Positions 52,169 to 64,000 of a stretch of DNA of 64,000 nt are shown one piece after another; position 1 is the stretch's first letter; each line of letters opens with the position of its first letter. The notes below the pieces were generated by a model, which worked only from the letters and a program-made list of their open reading frames with translations, did no database searches and was not told where the DNA came from. Origin of the DNA: Octopus sinensis (Eukaryota); assembly GCF_006345805.1 (NCBI RefSeq), contig NC_043012.1, positions 39,184,001-39,248,000 of the forward strand, given 5' to 3'. Position numbers and translations under genes: made by a program.

Positions 52169-52442
52169 TTTTCTGTTTATTATCTTTTGTCTTTGTGTAT
52201 GAAGAGATGATGTTTTTTTACTGTGGGAATTCAATAACGCATAGTGACGGAATATTTACATATAAATGTATTTTCTTGTTAGTTTATTTTTGATTAAGAA
52301 ACCAAATATCTATAATTCCTTGTGCTCCATAAACCTATATATCAGTCATACAGTGTTGTATATAAATGATTTATCGTTTCTATATTCAACACGATATCAC
52401 ATACTTTCAGCAAATATTATCACTCTGATATATCTATATCTA

Positions 52443-52479
<37 letters not shown>

Positions 52480-53032
52480 CTCTATCTATCTATCTATATA
52501 TATATATATATATAAATATACGCGCGCATTCTTCACAGAATGTAATCTATATATATATATATATATCTGTACGCATGTATAGGTTTGTATGCGTAGTTCG
52601 CGCGCGTTTGAGTGTTGGGTTAGTGAATATGTGAATATGTCATTAGATTTATATGGAAGGATGTCGGTATCAGAAATCATATCAATGCATGTAGTTATCA
52701 GCAATACTCAGTAAAATCGCGAACGCAGATACGGGTGTGTTTACGTGTGAGTGTGTGATTGTGTGTACGTATGTGCGCATATGCCGTGTCATGTATACGA
52801 AATTACATCAGCATTCCTCTAGTGTTCTATCTTTAAATATTGATTAGAAACACAAGATATATACGTACGTAACATTCAATACTCATCCGTCATTCCATGG
52901 TCCTCTCCATCAACGAATGCTGGTTTCTACAGGGATACTTACGTATAACCCATGATTTGGATCTAATAATATACTGGAAACATTCACATACACACACACA
53001 TATATATACATATATAATACATACATACATAT

Positions 53033-53132
<100 letters not shown>

Positions 53133-53261
53133 CTCAAATATTCGTAGAATCAAATAAATACACATCGAAAATATATACCGATTACTCACCTGTGTAGCAA
53201 CGAAACGCGTAGACCTCAGTTACAGTGAAATATAGGAGAATTTTTTCATATATTATGAATA

Positions 53262-53660
53262 GGTGCAGGAGTGCCTGTGTGGCAAAGAAGTTTGCTTCCC
53301 AACCACATGGTTCCGAGTTCAGTCCCACTTCGTGGCACCTTAGGCAAGTCCCTTCTACTATATCCTTGGGCCGACCAAAGCATTGTCAGTGGAATTAGTA
53401 GACGGAAACTGAAAGAAGATCGTCGTATATATATATATGTGTGTGTGTGTGTATGTGTGTGTGAGAGTGTATGTGTGTGTGTGTGTGTGTGTATGTGTGT
53501 GTGTGTGTGTGTGTGTGTATTTGTTTCTCCGTGTTTGACGCCCATCATCGCTTGACAACCGATGTTGGCGTGTTCGGCCAAAGACTGATAGAGTTAGTAC
53601 TAGACTACTAAAAAGTTCTGATGTCGATTTCTTCGACTAAAGTAACGGAATGAAAGAGTA
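53262..53660 (+). mobile_element. Long SINE family 2 with internal (TG)n
   Basis: GGTGCAGGAGTGCCTGTGTGG...GGTTCCGAGTTCAGTCCCAC head; CATCGCTTGACAACCGATG after the microsatellite. Confidence 0.85.
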
Positions 53661-53919
53661 TAGATGGAACACTTGGATATAGCACTAGGATATCCTCGGC
53701 AAGCCACGGGTTAGAAGTTGTTTGATATTCAATCGTAAATAAAAGCAGGTACTAGAGTTTACAAAATGGTGCGTACAGCTATTGGAGAATAACACCACAA
53801 CAGGATATTCAACCAATTGCTGGAGACTAGATCACTTCATTACCGCAACTTACATTAAGACACCATTACATTTGCTTCAACGCCATTAATAAAAACTAGT
53901 TTTCAAGAGTCTTAAAATA

Positions 53920-54082
53920 CCGTTTCTCTTTTGCCGAACCACTACGTTAAAGGGACGTAAATACACTAACATCACCTGTCAAACGATGGTTGGAGGACAA
54001 ACGCAGACACAGAAACACATAATACACATATGCATGTATATACACAAAAAGCTTCTTTCAGTTTCCGTCTTCCAGATCCACT
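53920..54082 (-). mobile_element. SINE family 2 internal fragment
   Basis: CTCTTTTGCCGAACC...GGGACGTAAA...GCTTCTTTCAGTTTCCGTCT. Confidence 0.65.
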
Positions 54083-54089
54083 CACATAT

Positions 54090-54416
54090 ATATATATATG
54101 TATGTATCTATGTATGTATGTATGTATGTATGTGTATCTATATATGTATGTGTGTATAACAATACAAAATGGGACAAGAACGCAAAACATCCAGATAGGC
54201 GATACAAAAAAAAACAAGGAAAGGTGATTCCGAGTTTTCTTTCCTCAGTCGAGTTCCAGATTATCTTTGCAATATCGGATGATTATAATCGAGATTCCAA
54301 TCTAGCTAGCCACAAGGAAAATTAAGCTAAGAGCATTAGATTCCTTATAAATAAGTAGCGATATATATATATATATATTATATATATATATATAATATAT
54401 ATATATATATATAGTG

Positions 54417-54447
<31 letters not shown>

Positions 54448-54509
54448 CGAGAGAGAGGGGGGAGAGAGAGATTTTATACACAAATACACACGCGCGCATA
54501 TAGAAATAT

Positions 54510-54591
<82 letters not shown>

Positions 54592-54883
54592 CTATGTATG
54601 TATGTATGTATGTATGTATGTATGTATGTATGTATGTATGTATGTATGTATGTATGTGTATCTATATATGTATGTGTGTATAACAATACAAAATGGGACA
54701 AGAACGCAAAACATCCAGATAGGCGAAACAAAAAAAACAAGGAAAGGTGATTCCGAGTTTTCTTTCCTCAGTCGAGTTCCAGATTATCTTTGCAATATCG
54801 GATGATTATAATCGAGATTCCAATCTAGCTAGCCACAAGGAAAATTAAGCTAAGAGCATTAGATTCCTTATAAATAAGTAGCG

Positions 54884-54975
<92 letters not shown>

Positions 54976-55039
54976 GGGGGAGAGAGAGATTTTATACACA
55001 AATACACACGCGCGCATATAGAAATATATACATACATAC

Positions 55040-55097
<58 letters not shown>

Positions 55098-55165
55098 GGG
55101 GGAGAGAGAGATTTTATACACAAATACACACGCGCGCATATAGAAATATATACATACATACATAT
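54090..55165. repeat. Recent ~524-bp tandem duplication including microsatellites
   Basis: Unique block ~54150-54362 is repeated at ~54674-54885; the short block GATTTTATACACAAATACACACGCGCGCATATAG occurs three times. Confidence 0.9.
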
Positions 55166-55430
55166 ATATATATATTATATATTATATATATATATATAGT
55201 GTATATATATATATATATAATAGTAATGTATATTTACTCCGATTTAAAGCGACATTTATCTAAAGAATTGAGTGAAAAATAAAGTTAAGCTAACTCCCAT
55301 AAGATTCGAACCTACATTTCAACACAAACATAGCACCTTGCACATCGTGGGTTCGATTCTAATCAGTGGTAGCTCACCATTTTTTCGGTCAATTGTTTCG
55401 ATAAGAATCGGTTTCAATCAGAGTATGTAT

Positions 55431-55468
<38 letters not shown>

Positions 55469-55496
55469 GTTGTTGTTGTTGTTATTATTATTATTA

Positions 55497-55562
<66 letters not shown>

Positions 55563-55566
55563 TATT

Positions 55567-57684
55567 GTAGTTTTATTTTATAGCGTGCTTTCACTTCACT
55601 ACTACGAGCGCAGCTCTGTGTGCCTTGGGTATGTGCTGTGATTTGTTGTGATGCTCTGATGGTTATTGTATGGAAAGTGTTCTGCGTAGGATGTGTGCAG
55701 TGCCTAGTAGTGCAATTTTCTGTATGTTATATGTGTTTTGTAAGTCCTGGTCTTTTTGTTATGTATTTGTCTGAATATTTTTTTATCATGCCTAATGCAC
55801 CTACTATGATAGGAATTGTTTCTGTTTTCAGATTCCACATTCTAGTTACCTCTATTTCCAGGTCTTTGTATTTTGAGAGTTTCTCCATTTCTTTTAGAGA
55901 CACTTTGTCATCTGCCGGTATTGATACATCAATTAGAAAGCATTTTTTTTCTTCATGATCTCTGACAACTATATCTGGTCTGTTGGCCTTATTTCTCTAT
56001 CTGTGTGTATCGGCATATCCCAGAGTATGGTTGCTTTCTCGTTTTCTGTGACCTTTTCTGGTGTGTGCCTATACCATCTTTTTTCTGTTGTTATTCCATA
56101 ATGTTGGCATAGCTTCCAATGTATGTAGGTTCCAACTCTGTCATGTCTGTGAATATATTCCTTCTTAGCCAGGACTGGGCAGCTAGAGATAATATGATTT
56201 ATTGTTTCTTGTCCATCTCCACATATTCTGCAGTTACTTGTAATATTTCTTTTCATTACATGTTTTTGGTAATTTCTGGTGGGGAGGCTTTGGTCTTGTG
56301 CTGCAATTAAAAATCCCTCTGTTTCTGCTTTGAGTCCTGAGCTTCTCAACCATTGCTGGAATTTTTCTTTGTCTATTTCTTTTGCGTTTAGTTTAGTGCA
56401 GTACTTACCATGAAGGGGCTTTTCTTGCCATCGTTTTATCATGGTTCGTTGCTGTTCTATTTTTAGTTTGGATTTCATTTGTTTTATAGCTTTTGTTGTT
56501 TCTTCATCATCTACTTCTTCTTCTTTGTGTTTATTAGGTGGTATGATTTCTTGTTTGTATTTGTCAGCTTCCTTAAATACTGAGAACAGTTTTTTGTTTT
56601 GCTCGTGTTTTGCTGCTATCTGGATCAGTTTTCCTTCCTTCTGAAGTAGGTATTTTTGCAGTCCTATGTGGTTATTTTATAGTAGTTTTCAGCTGTATAA
56701 GGCCTCTACCCTACCACCTTCTATACGTTATATATATAGTCTTTCTATGTCAGATTTTGGGTGATGCATCCTAGATCCTGTCAGTATTTTCTTGTTTTCC
56801 TATCTATTTTGGACAGTTCATTTCGTGTCCAGTTAAGGATATTGTAGCTGTAACTTATAACTGGGACAGCTAAAGTGTTGATACCTATTATCTTGTTTTT
56901 AGCATTGAGCTCTGTTTTTAGTATTGATCTAACTCGTCTATAATATTCTTTTTTTATTTTCTCTTTCATTTGTGTGTGTTGTGTCTTATCTAGTTCATGG
57001 ATTCCTAAGTATTTCATTGGTTTTATCTAGTGTGATGTTGTTACTCTTAACTAGTTTTCCTCTTTTCAGGGTTACTTTGGCGCATTTTTCTAATCCAAAT
57101 TTCATATCTATTTCTTTGGTAAATCCATGAACTGTCTTTAATAGTGTTTCCAGCTGTTTGTCATTTGCAGCGTATAGTTTTAGGTCATCCATATATAAAA
57201 GGTGGCTGATCGTTTTGCCGTAACATTTATATCCGCATCCAGTTCTATTTAGCATATCAGATAGAGGTGACAGTGCCAAGCAGAAAAGGAGTGGAGAGAG
57301 CGTGTCTCCCTGGAATATTCCTCTTCTAATGGGGATGTCTTTGGTTTTCATGAGTCCCTCTTTTGTTTGGAGGTGTAGGACTGTTTGCCATTTATTCATA
57401 GAGTGCTCTATGAATTTTATGATTGTTGGTGCTACTTTGTTAATGGCTAGTGTTTCGAGGTTCCATGTGTTGGGGATGCTATCAAACGCCTTTTTGTAGT
57501 CGATCCAGGCCATACTGAGGCATTTCTTCTTTCTTTGGCTGTCTTCAGTTACGACTTTATTAATCATTAGTTGATCTTTACAGCCATATGAGCCTTTGCG
57601 GCATCCTTTCTGCTCTTCTGGGAACAGTTTGTTTTCGTCCAGGTGCTTGTTCAGCCTTTGCGATATCACTGCAGTAAATGCCTT
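55567..57684 (-). mobile_element. Longest R4/Dong-like LINE copy, family D1 (RT, CCHC, RLE; frameshifted, 5'-truncated)
   Basis: ORF 56995..57669: WIDYKKAFDSIP, RGIFQGDTLSPLLF, HLLYMDDLKLY. ORF 56781..57017: KYLG. ORF 55969..56478: CRICGDGQETINHIISSC, RHD. (ATT)n flanks. Confidence 0.95.
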
Positions 57685-57845
57685 TTATTAATTATTATTA
57701 TTATTAATTATTATTATTATTATTACATAGTTATGTGTGTGTATGTGTGTTTGTGTGGTTGATTGTACAATCTAAATTAAATTAGTATTATTGCCGTTAT
57801 CAATAATATTAATAATGAAAATAATAAAGTGGCTAGCAAGTATAA

Positions 57846-57898
<53 letters not shown>

Positions 57899-58026
57899 AG
57901 CTAAGTTCGTTTTGAATATCGAAGGGATATTCAAAATTAAAGAACGCAACGCGGCGCAAGGCAATGAATATTTTAGAAATAGATGTTACAGTGTTTATTT
58001 TCAGCTGATGAGCTTAAATTTTACAG

Positions 58027-59050
58027 ATCAAGTTCCGTGTTTATATTAGTTTTATAATCTATTTTCTACGCTGAGTTGTTCGTGTGATTCCGTATGTTTT
58101 TTATCTTCTCCCTGCTCCGTCACTACCACATTTATTGTATGCGATTGAAATATTTCGGAATTATTTTGCTATAATCAGGTTCATAGAAGTTGGTTCTCTC
58201 TTTAATCAAGCCTATAACTACGTCAGTCCTTATATTTACTTCAGATGCTTCATACTTAAAGCTGATATATTGAAATCCTGCTTGACTTTGGTATTTTGTC
58301 TCGAGAAGGGATTTCTTATATTCTTTTATCCTCTAACATATTCCAGCCCTACGTCTGTGGTCATGCTGATGCACTGCCCATACTGGAGCATCACCATGTA
58401 TACAAATATAGCGTTAAAAAAAAAACGAAGAAATAAATCAGCAGAAGGCAAATATTGCCCAGTAGTGGTAGTTGCGTTGCTAAATATAGATTTATGTTCT
58501 TTGAAGCTCTGCATCAAATATCTACTAGCAAACGCATGCTAAAATAAGTTTATTCCCTACTAATGTAGACAAAAAAAACCAATAGCTGGAAAATCACCGA
58601 TGCTGCATTCAGCCGGCGAGCTGAATAAAAATTCTTTATTAGCAACGGAATCATTATTAAGTCAATGCCACGATCTATAAATCAAACTTGCATCACTTAT
58701 ACTTTTGAAAGTCTAAAAACTGTCGAGAAATTAACTTTTATTGGCTTATAAAGTTAAAAAAAAAACAGGAATATATCGTGAATGTGCGTGTGTGCAAAAT
58801 TAATTTGGAATGTAAAGAATCGTTTAACTATCACCATAGAACTTTTGCAAAATCTTTTGGGTTGTAGTTCATCAACAGCCACTATCAAATTACGCAGGTC
58901 AAGTTCCGTGTTTATATTAGTTTTATAATTAATTTTCTACGCTGGGTAGTTCATGTGATTCAGTATGTTTTATTTTTCTCTCTGCTCCAACACTACCACG
59001 TTCATTGTATGCAAGTGAAATATTTCGGAAGTATTTTGCTATAATCAGGG
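58027..59050. repeat. Diverged ~150-bp direct repeat (58027-58180 and 58898-59050)
   Basis: TCAAGTTCCGTGTTTATATTAGTTTTATAAT...GAAATATTTCGGAA.TATTTTGCTATAATCAGG occurs twice. Confidence 0.8.
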
Positions 59051-59880
59051 TTATTCTCCGCCCTTGATAGAAATTGTTTCTCTCATTTCAGACGATTCAT
59101 AAAGGTCATACTATTTACCGAAATAAGAAAAAAATATTGCGTATATAAATTGTATGCATACTTCTAAAATATAAAATCTTGGAATATAAATTTGTTTCAC
59201 AGAAAGACTAATCGAATTAATAAATATAAAAAATAAATTACCATAAATACCTAAACCAAAGTATAAAAATATAAAAATAAATTAACATTAATATAAAAAT
59301 AAACGCGTAAATGCGGAATAGATATATTTTATTTATCAGAATAAATCAATATTTATTCGTCGATTAGTTTCGATTGGTTATTTTTCGTCATATTGTCATT
59401 CGTTGTAGACAGAAACGAAGCGGTTGAAGCTAAATACAAGAAATGCTGTCAATACGAGTTTTTGGCTTAACTAATGCCCATATCCGTACATTCGCTGGTA
59501 GTTTACAGAAACTAAACAGAGCAGTATTCCCAGATGTGTGCAAACTCGAACGTCAAGCAAAAAGCTCACTGTGTAGGACAAACGCGAGAACAGCACAGCT
59601 AGTTTCAATTGGTTATTGACATATTACAAGAATATTTACTCTTGTACTTTGTCCACAGAAAAATAGATTTGTTGCACACACTCACACACACACACACACA
59701 TAATGTGTGTGTGCATATATATATATATATACACATACACACACACACATATATATATAACTATTGTTTATTTTGCTATTATCTGTACCCTATGAGCATA
59801 GTGTGCCCAGGGTTAACGAAGGTAAATCACGCCGGAAGTAAGAACGGATATTCGTATCCCTTAGACGGTTATACTGCTTT

Positions 59881-59941
<61 letters not shown>

Positions 59942-60603
59942 GAAACACACACATAAGCATACGTATATTGCATAGTATCCTGTGTAAATAAATAATGCAA
60001 GAAGCAATGCTTTATTCATTTGTTCAATATTTATAATTTATTGAGCCAAAACATGAATTGTTATCACCTATTTCTAACTATATCAATACATTTAAGGTAA
60101 TAACTTACCGATCTATTTACCGATTAATATATTCATCACTATTCACATTGTCAAATATACCCTCAGGGGGCAAACTCTAATATCTTTCTTCTTTTCTAAC
60201 GATCCTATTTCAACTGCTTCTATGTCTACTGCCAGTGAAATTGCTGCTTCAGCTGGTCCTGCTTCCTTGCAAATATTACATCTACTTATGACGATGTTGA
60301 TGATGATGATAATGATGATGATGATGATGATGATGATAATGCAGGAGATGGTGGATGTGTTGGTGGTGATGGTGTATTCGTTAAAATGCAGCGAGTATTT
60401 TTGTTATTTTAGAACTGATGTTCGTACGTCGTTTCTGCTGTTGTAGCTTCTTTTTTATGTTGGTAGATTTAATACTTGTGTCCGATGGTAATGTTAATGA
60501 TATGCATTAGATTTTTTTATTATTGCTCAATCTGTCTCTTTCTCTAATTTCTGTCAGCGGGTCTCAGCAACTGTTTTATATATATAAGAGAGAGAGAGAG
60601 AGT

Positions 60604-60680
<77 letters not shown>

Positions 60681-60766
60681 TAGATTACACCTACATTCAT
60701 AAATACACACATACATACACACACATATATATGTATACACGTATATGCATACTTAATGTATCTGTA

Positions 60767-60809
<43 letters not shown>

Positions 60810-61384
60810 TTATTTATTTATTTATATTTATATTATATTTATATATGAATGAATGTATGTAAGTATTATGTATATGCGTGAGTGTACTTTATATAAATGT
60901 TCATGCGTATGCGAGCGTGAGTATGTGTGTGTGAGTGTGTTTGAGCGTGGGCACGTGTGTGTGAGCTGGCGCTCTTGCGTGTGCGTATGTGTGTCCGTGT
61001 CTGTGTGCAGTGTCTATACGTTGTGTCCGTCTGTGTAAGTCTGTATTTAATCAAATCTGCAGACGTCTCCTTGTTCCATACGTGAATGGAAAGAATCCAG
61101 CCAGTAAAATACCAACGAAAGTAAAAACAGCAGAAATATGAATAAACAAAACAACAAAAACAAGAGCAGAAACAGCTGCAGCAGCAGCAGCAGCAGCGAT
61201 AACAAGAGCAGCAGCACAAGCAGCAGTAACAAAATCAGCAGCAGTAATAGTATTGTATCATGATGAACAATTTAAAGATTTCAAAGATTTTTGTTGATGA
61301 CAGATCAATAACTAGTTGAGAAGAATACATATATTTTGAAACTATTCGAAGGACATCAAATTATCAGGATCTCATTTACATTTT

Positions 61385-61560
61385 TTTTTTCTTTCAGTTA
61401 TTAGACTTCGGTCATGCTGGAGCATCCGGTTGAAGAACTTTTGCCGAAAGAATAGAGTCCTTATTTTTTTAAACCTGGTACTTCTCTCGGTCTATTTTAC
61501 CGGACCGTTAATTTACGGAAACGTATACGCACCCCAACATCGGTTTTGAACCAGTTGTTG
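61385..61560 (-). mobile_element. SINE family 2, decayed 3' half
   Basis: CGGTCATGCTGGAGCATCC tail; CCGTTAATTTACGGAAACGTA...AACATCGGTT. Confidence 0.6.
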
Positions 61561-61599
61561 GCCACATTTGATGTATTCCTTCACTATTTGGCTTGTAAA

Positions 61600-61823
61600 T
61601 ATTTATTTCTTTATTGCCCACACGGGGCTAAACATAGAGGGACAAACAAGGATTAAGCTAATTATATCGACCCCAGTGCGTAACTAGTATTTAATTTATC
61701 GACCCCGAAAGGATGAAAGGCAAAGTCGACCTTGGCAGAATTAGAACTCTGAACGTAACGGCAGACGAGATACGGCTACGCATTTCGCCCGGCGTGCAAA
61801 CGTTTCTGCCAGCTCGCCGCCTT
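61600..61823 (-). mobile_element. Well-preserved SINE family 1 copy (subfamily with GTGGGCAATAAAGAAAT tail)
   Basis: Minus strand GGCGGCGAGCTGGCAGAAACG...GCCTTTCATCCTTTCGGGGTCGATAAATTAA...GGGCAATAAAGAAAT. Confidence 0.85.
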
Positions 61824-62106
61824 ATTTGGCTTGCTAAAATTGACACGTTTTAATGTAGGTTATTATTGGGGACTCGCTATAAATAGGAGGAGACACTCTG
61901 GCCGACAGGTATTCCTCAAACCAGTCAGCCGATCAGCTAGAAATAGCAGACAAATTAGCATTTAACCTCATTTTAATGTCATCAGAAGGAGGGACAAGAG
62001 ACAGAAATATTTCACTGTTTTGTGTAAATTTCTCCTCGACTCAAACAATGAATTAAATACAACGACATTTCTTCCGACACTTCGTTCCAAATGCCTAAAT
62101 TTCACA

Positions 62107-62430
62107 GTCGGTTCAGTGATGAGAACGTCGGGCTCAAAATCATGATGTAATGAGTTCGATTCCTGGACCAGGTTGTGTTGTGTTCTTGAGCAAGAAATTT
62201 ATTTCGCATTACTACAGTTCACTCACCTGAAGAAAAGAGTTGCGACGTCACTGGTGCCAAACTGCCTCGGTCATTACCTTTCGCTGGCATAATATCAGTT
62301 GCGTAGAGAGGGGAGACTGGTGAGTATGGCCGACGTCTGGTCTTCCATAAACACCCATTCCCTCACTTGTGTCTCGGAGAATAACTTGCTTGGTGCAATC
62401 CCATGGTCATTCATGTCTGAAGGGAGTCTT
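62107..62430 (+). mobile_element. tRNA-derived SINE related to family 3
   Basis: A-box-like GGTTCAGTG, B-box GAGTTCGATTCC, core TCTTGAGCAAG...GTTCACTCA. Confidence 0.7.
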
Positions 62431-62655
62431 TATTCTTTTTTCCCACACTCATTTCTCTTTTAATCAATTGCTTAACACCGTTACCAAACACCGAAGCAGC
62501 AATTAAGAAAAAAAAAAACTTTCACGTGTTTCATCAACGCTAACTGGAATTATTTGTATGAAGAGATCTAAGAACAACATACTCAGAGACTTTGTTCCGT
62601 TTCACGTTCTGAAGACAAATTCCTCTGCAGTCGACTTTATTTTACATCCTTTCCG

Positions 62656-62843
62656 CTGGCAGAATCGTTTGCACACCGGCAGAAAATGCTTAGCAGCATC
62701 TCGTCCGTTTTAAGCTCTGGGTTCAAAAGCACGCCGAAATCGACTTTGCTTATCATCCTTTCGAGTTCGATAAAATGGGCATCAGTTGAGCACCGAGGTC
62801 GATGTCATCGATTTTTGTCAGCTTTGTGCCAGAATCAACATAG

Positions 62844-62883
<40 letters not shown>

Positions 62884-63154
62884 TATTATTATTATTATAT
62901 TATTATTATTATATTATATTATTATTATTATTATTAACATTAGGGAGCGAGCTGGCAGAAACATCAGCACGCCGGGCGTAATGCTTAGCCACGTTTCGTC
63001 CATCCTTACGTTTTGAGTTCAAATTCCGCCGTAGTCGACTTTGCCGTTCAACCTATCAGAGTCGATAAAATAAGGACCAGTCAAGCACTGGGGTCATTGT
63101 AGTCGACTAGTCCCCTCTTTCCAATTTTCAGGCCTTGAGCCTTTAGTAGAAAGG

Positions 63155-63155
<1 letters not shown>
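62656..63155 (+). mobile_element. Two SINE family 1 copies (62656-62830 and 62943-63155) with CAT/ATT tails
   Basis: CTGGCAGAATCGTT.GCAC.CCGG heads, GAGTTCAAATTCC B box, GTCGATAAAAT core. Confidence 0.8.
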
Positions 63156-63200
<45 letters not shown>

Positions 63201-63811
63201 TATTCCCACATAGCCTGAAGATTGCTATTTACTGTTTACAAAAGACATTCAATCGAAACGCCCGTGTAAGAAATTCTCATAAGATTAAATAATATATTCC
63301 GGACGTTCCAAAAGTATCGACAGCGATAAAAAAATAACAATAGAGCAAAACACACAAAACACAAGAAAACAAAAACATTGAAATTTTCAGAAAGCAACGC
63401 ATAAAAACAGAATTTCCTATTCATTTATTTAATTATTGAAAAAATGTTCAAGCTGTGAATTTCTCTAATTAGTTAAACAAGGAAAAAATATTAGAAAAAT
63501 GTCTGTTTCTGTTTTTTTTTAAATTAATTTTTAACATTCATATTTTAATTTTGCTTTTTGATCTTATATTGTATTTCTCTGGTTTATTTATTATTAATAT
63601 TTTTTTTTTCCGAAATGATTTTCTCGACAGACATTTACTAAGAAACATCGTTTCTTCTGTTTCGTATTTCTTGCCAACATATACACCCAGGGTAAATTTA
63701 GAATTTCGTTTTCATTTATCGTTATTTAAATATTTACTTTCTATAATTCTTCGATATTTTAAACATGTCTCTAAATCTCAAAAGAATGAATGAAATATAA
63801 ACATACAACAG

Positions 63812-63844
<33 letters not shown>

Positions 63845-63857
63845 ACCACCACAAATA

Positions 63858-63893
<36 letters not shown>

Positions 63894-64000
63894 AACCACT
63901 ACTGCTACTTACCAGGTAGTGGCTTTCATGCCTTCTGATCTTAACTGATTGGAAGTGTTATCATGTACATTGTTTTGTCTTGGTATAAAAGATGGGCGAC

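Noticed and set aside
54222-54252. Minus-strand CTGAGGA-AAGAAAACTC-GGAA hammerhead-like motif in the duplicated block
   Set aside because: Stem II is weak, GAAA is absent and there is no NUH plus stem I; cannot be supported without a consensus.
58005-58030. CTGATGAG possible hammerhead core
   Set aside because: No stem II followed by GAAA and no stem I partner found.
62107-62180. Functional tRNA gene
   Set aside because: A/B-box-like motifs are present but there is no closed cloverleaf, and it continues into a SINE body.

Overview
AT-rich, microsatellite-saturated animal DNA that is intergenic or intronic; the SINE families and repeat landscape strongly suggest an Octopus (cephalopod) genome, which is an inference from recognition and not a database hit. 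No host protein-coding gene, rRNA, tRNA gene or CRISPR array can be supported, and nearly all ORFs in the track are microsatellite artefacts. The real coding remnants belong to retroelements: (i) R4/Dong-like RLE LINEs sitting in (TAA)n; (ii) two L1/Tx1-like copies sitting in (GATA)n; (iii) several Penelope-like elements (PLEs; RT plus GIY-YIG) in (TA)n, with inverted 5' segments; (iv) CR1-like, RTE-like and Tc1/mariner fragments; (v) many tRNA-derived SINEs. The most interesting signal is non-coding: two different but related tandem-repeat elements at 10208-11127 (583-bp unit) and 11577-13003 (~555-bp unit). Each carries one type I hammerhead ribozyme per unit on the minus strand (retrozyme/circRNA-like architecture), and both are nested inside the internal microsatellite of a single split SINE. 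Further intact, variant and decayed hammerhead motifs occur in the PLE ends and in a third tandem repeat.
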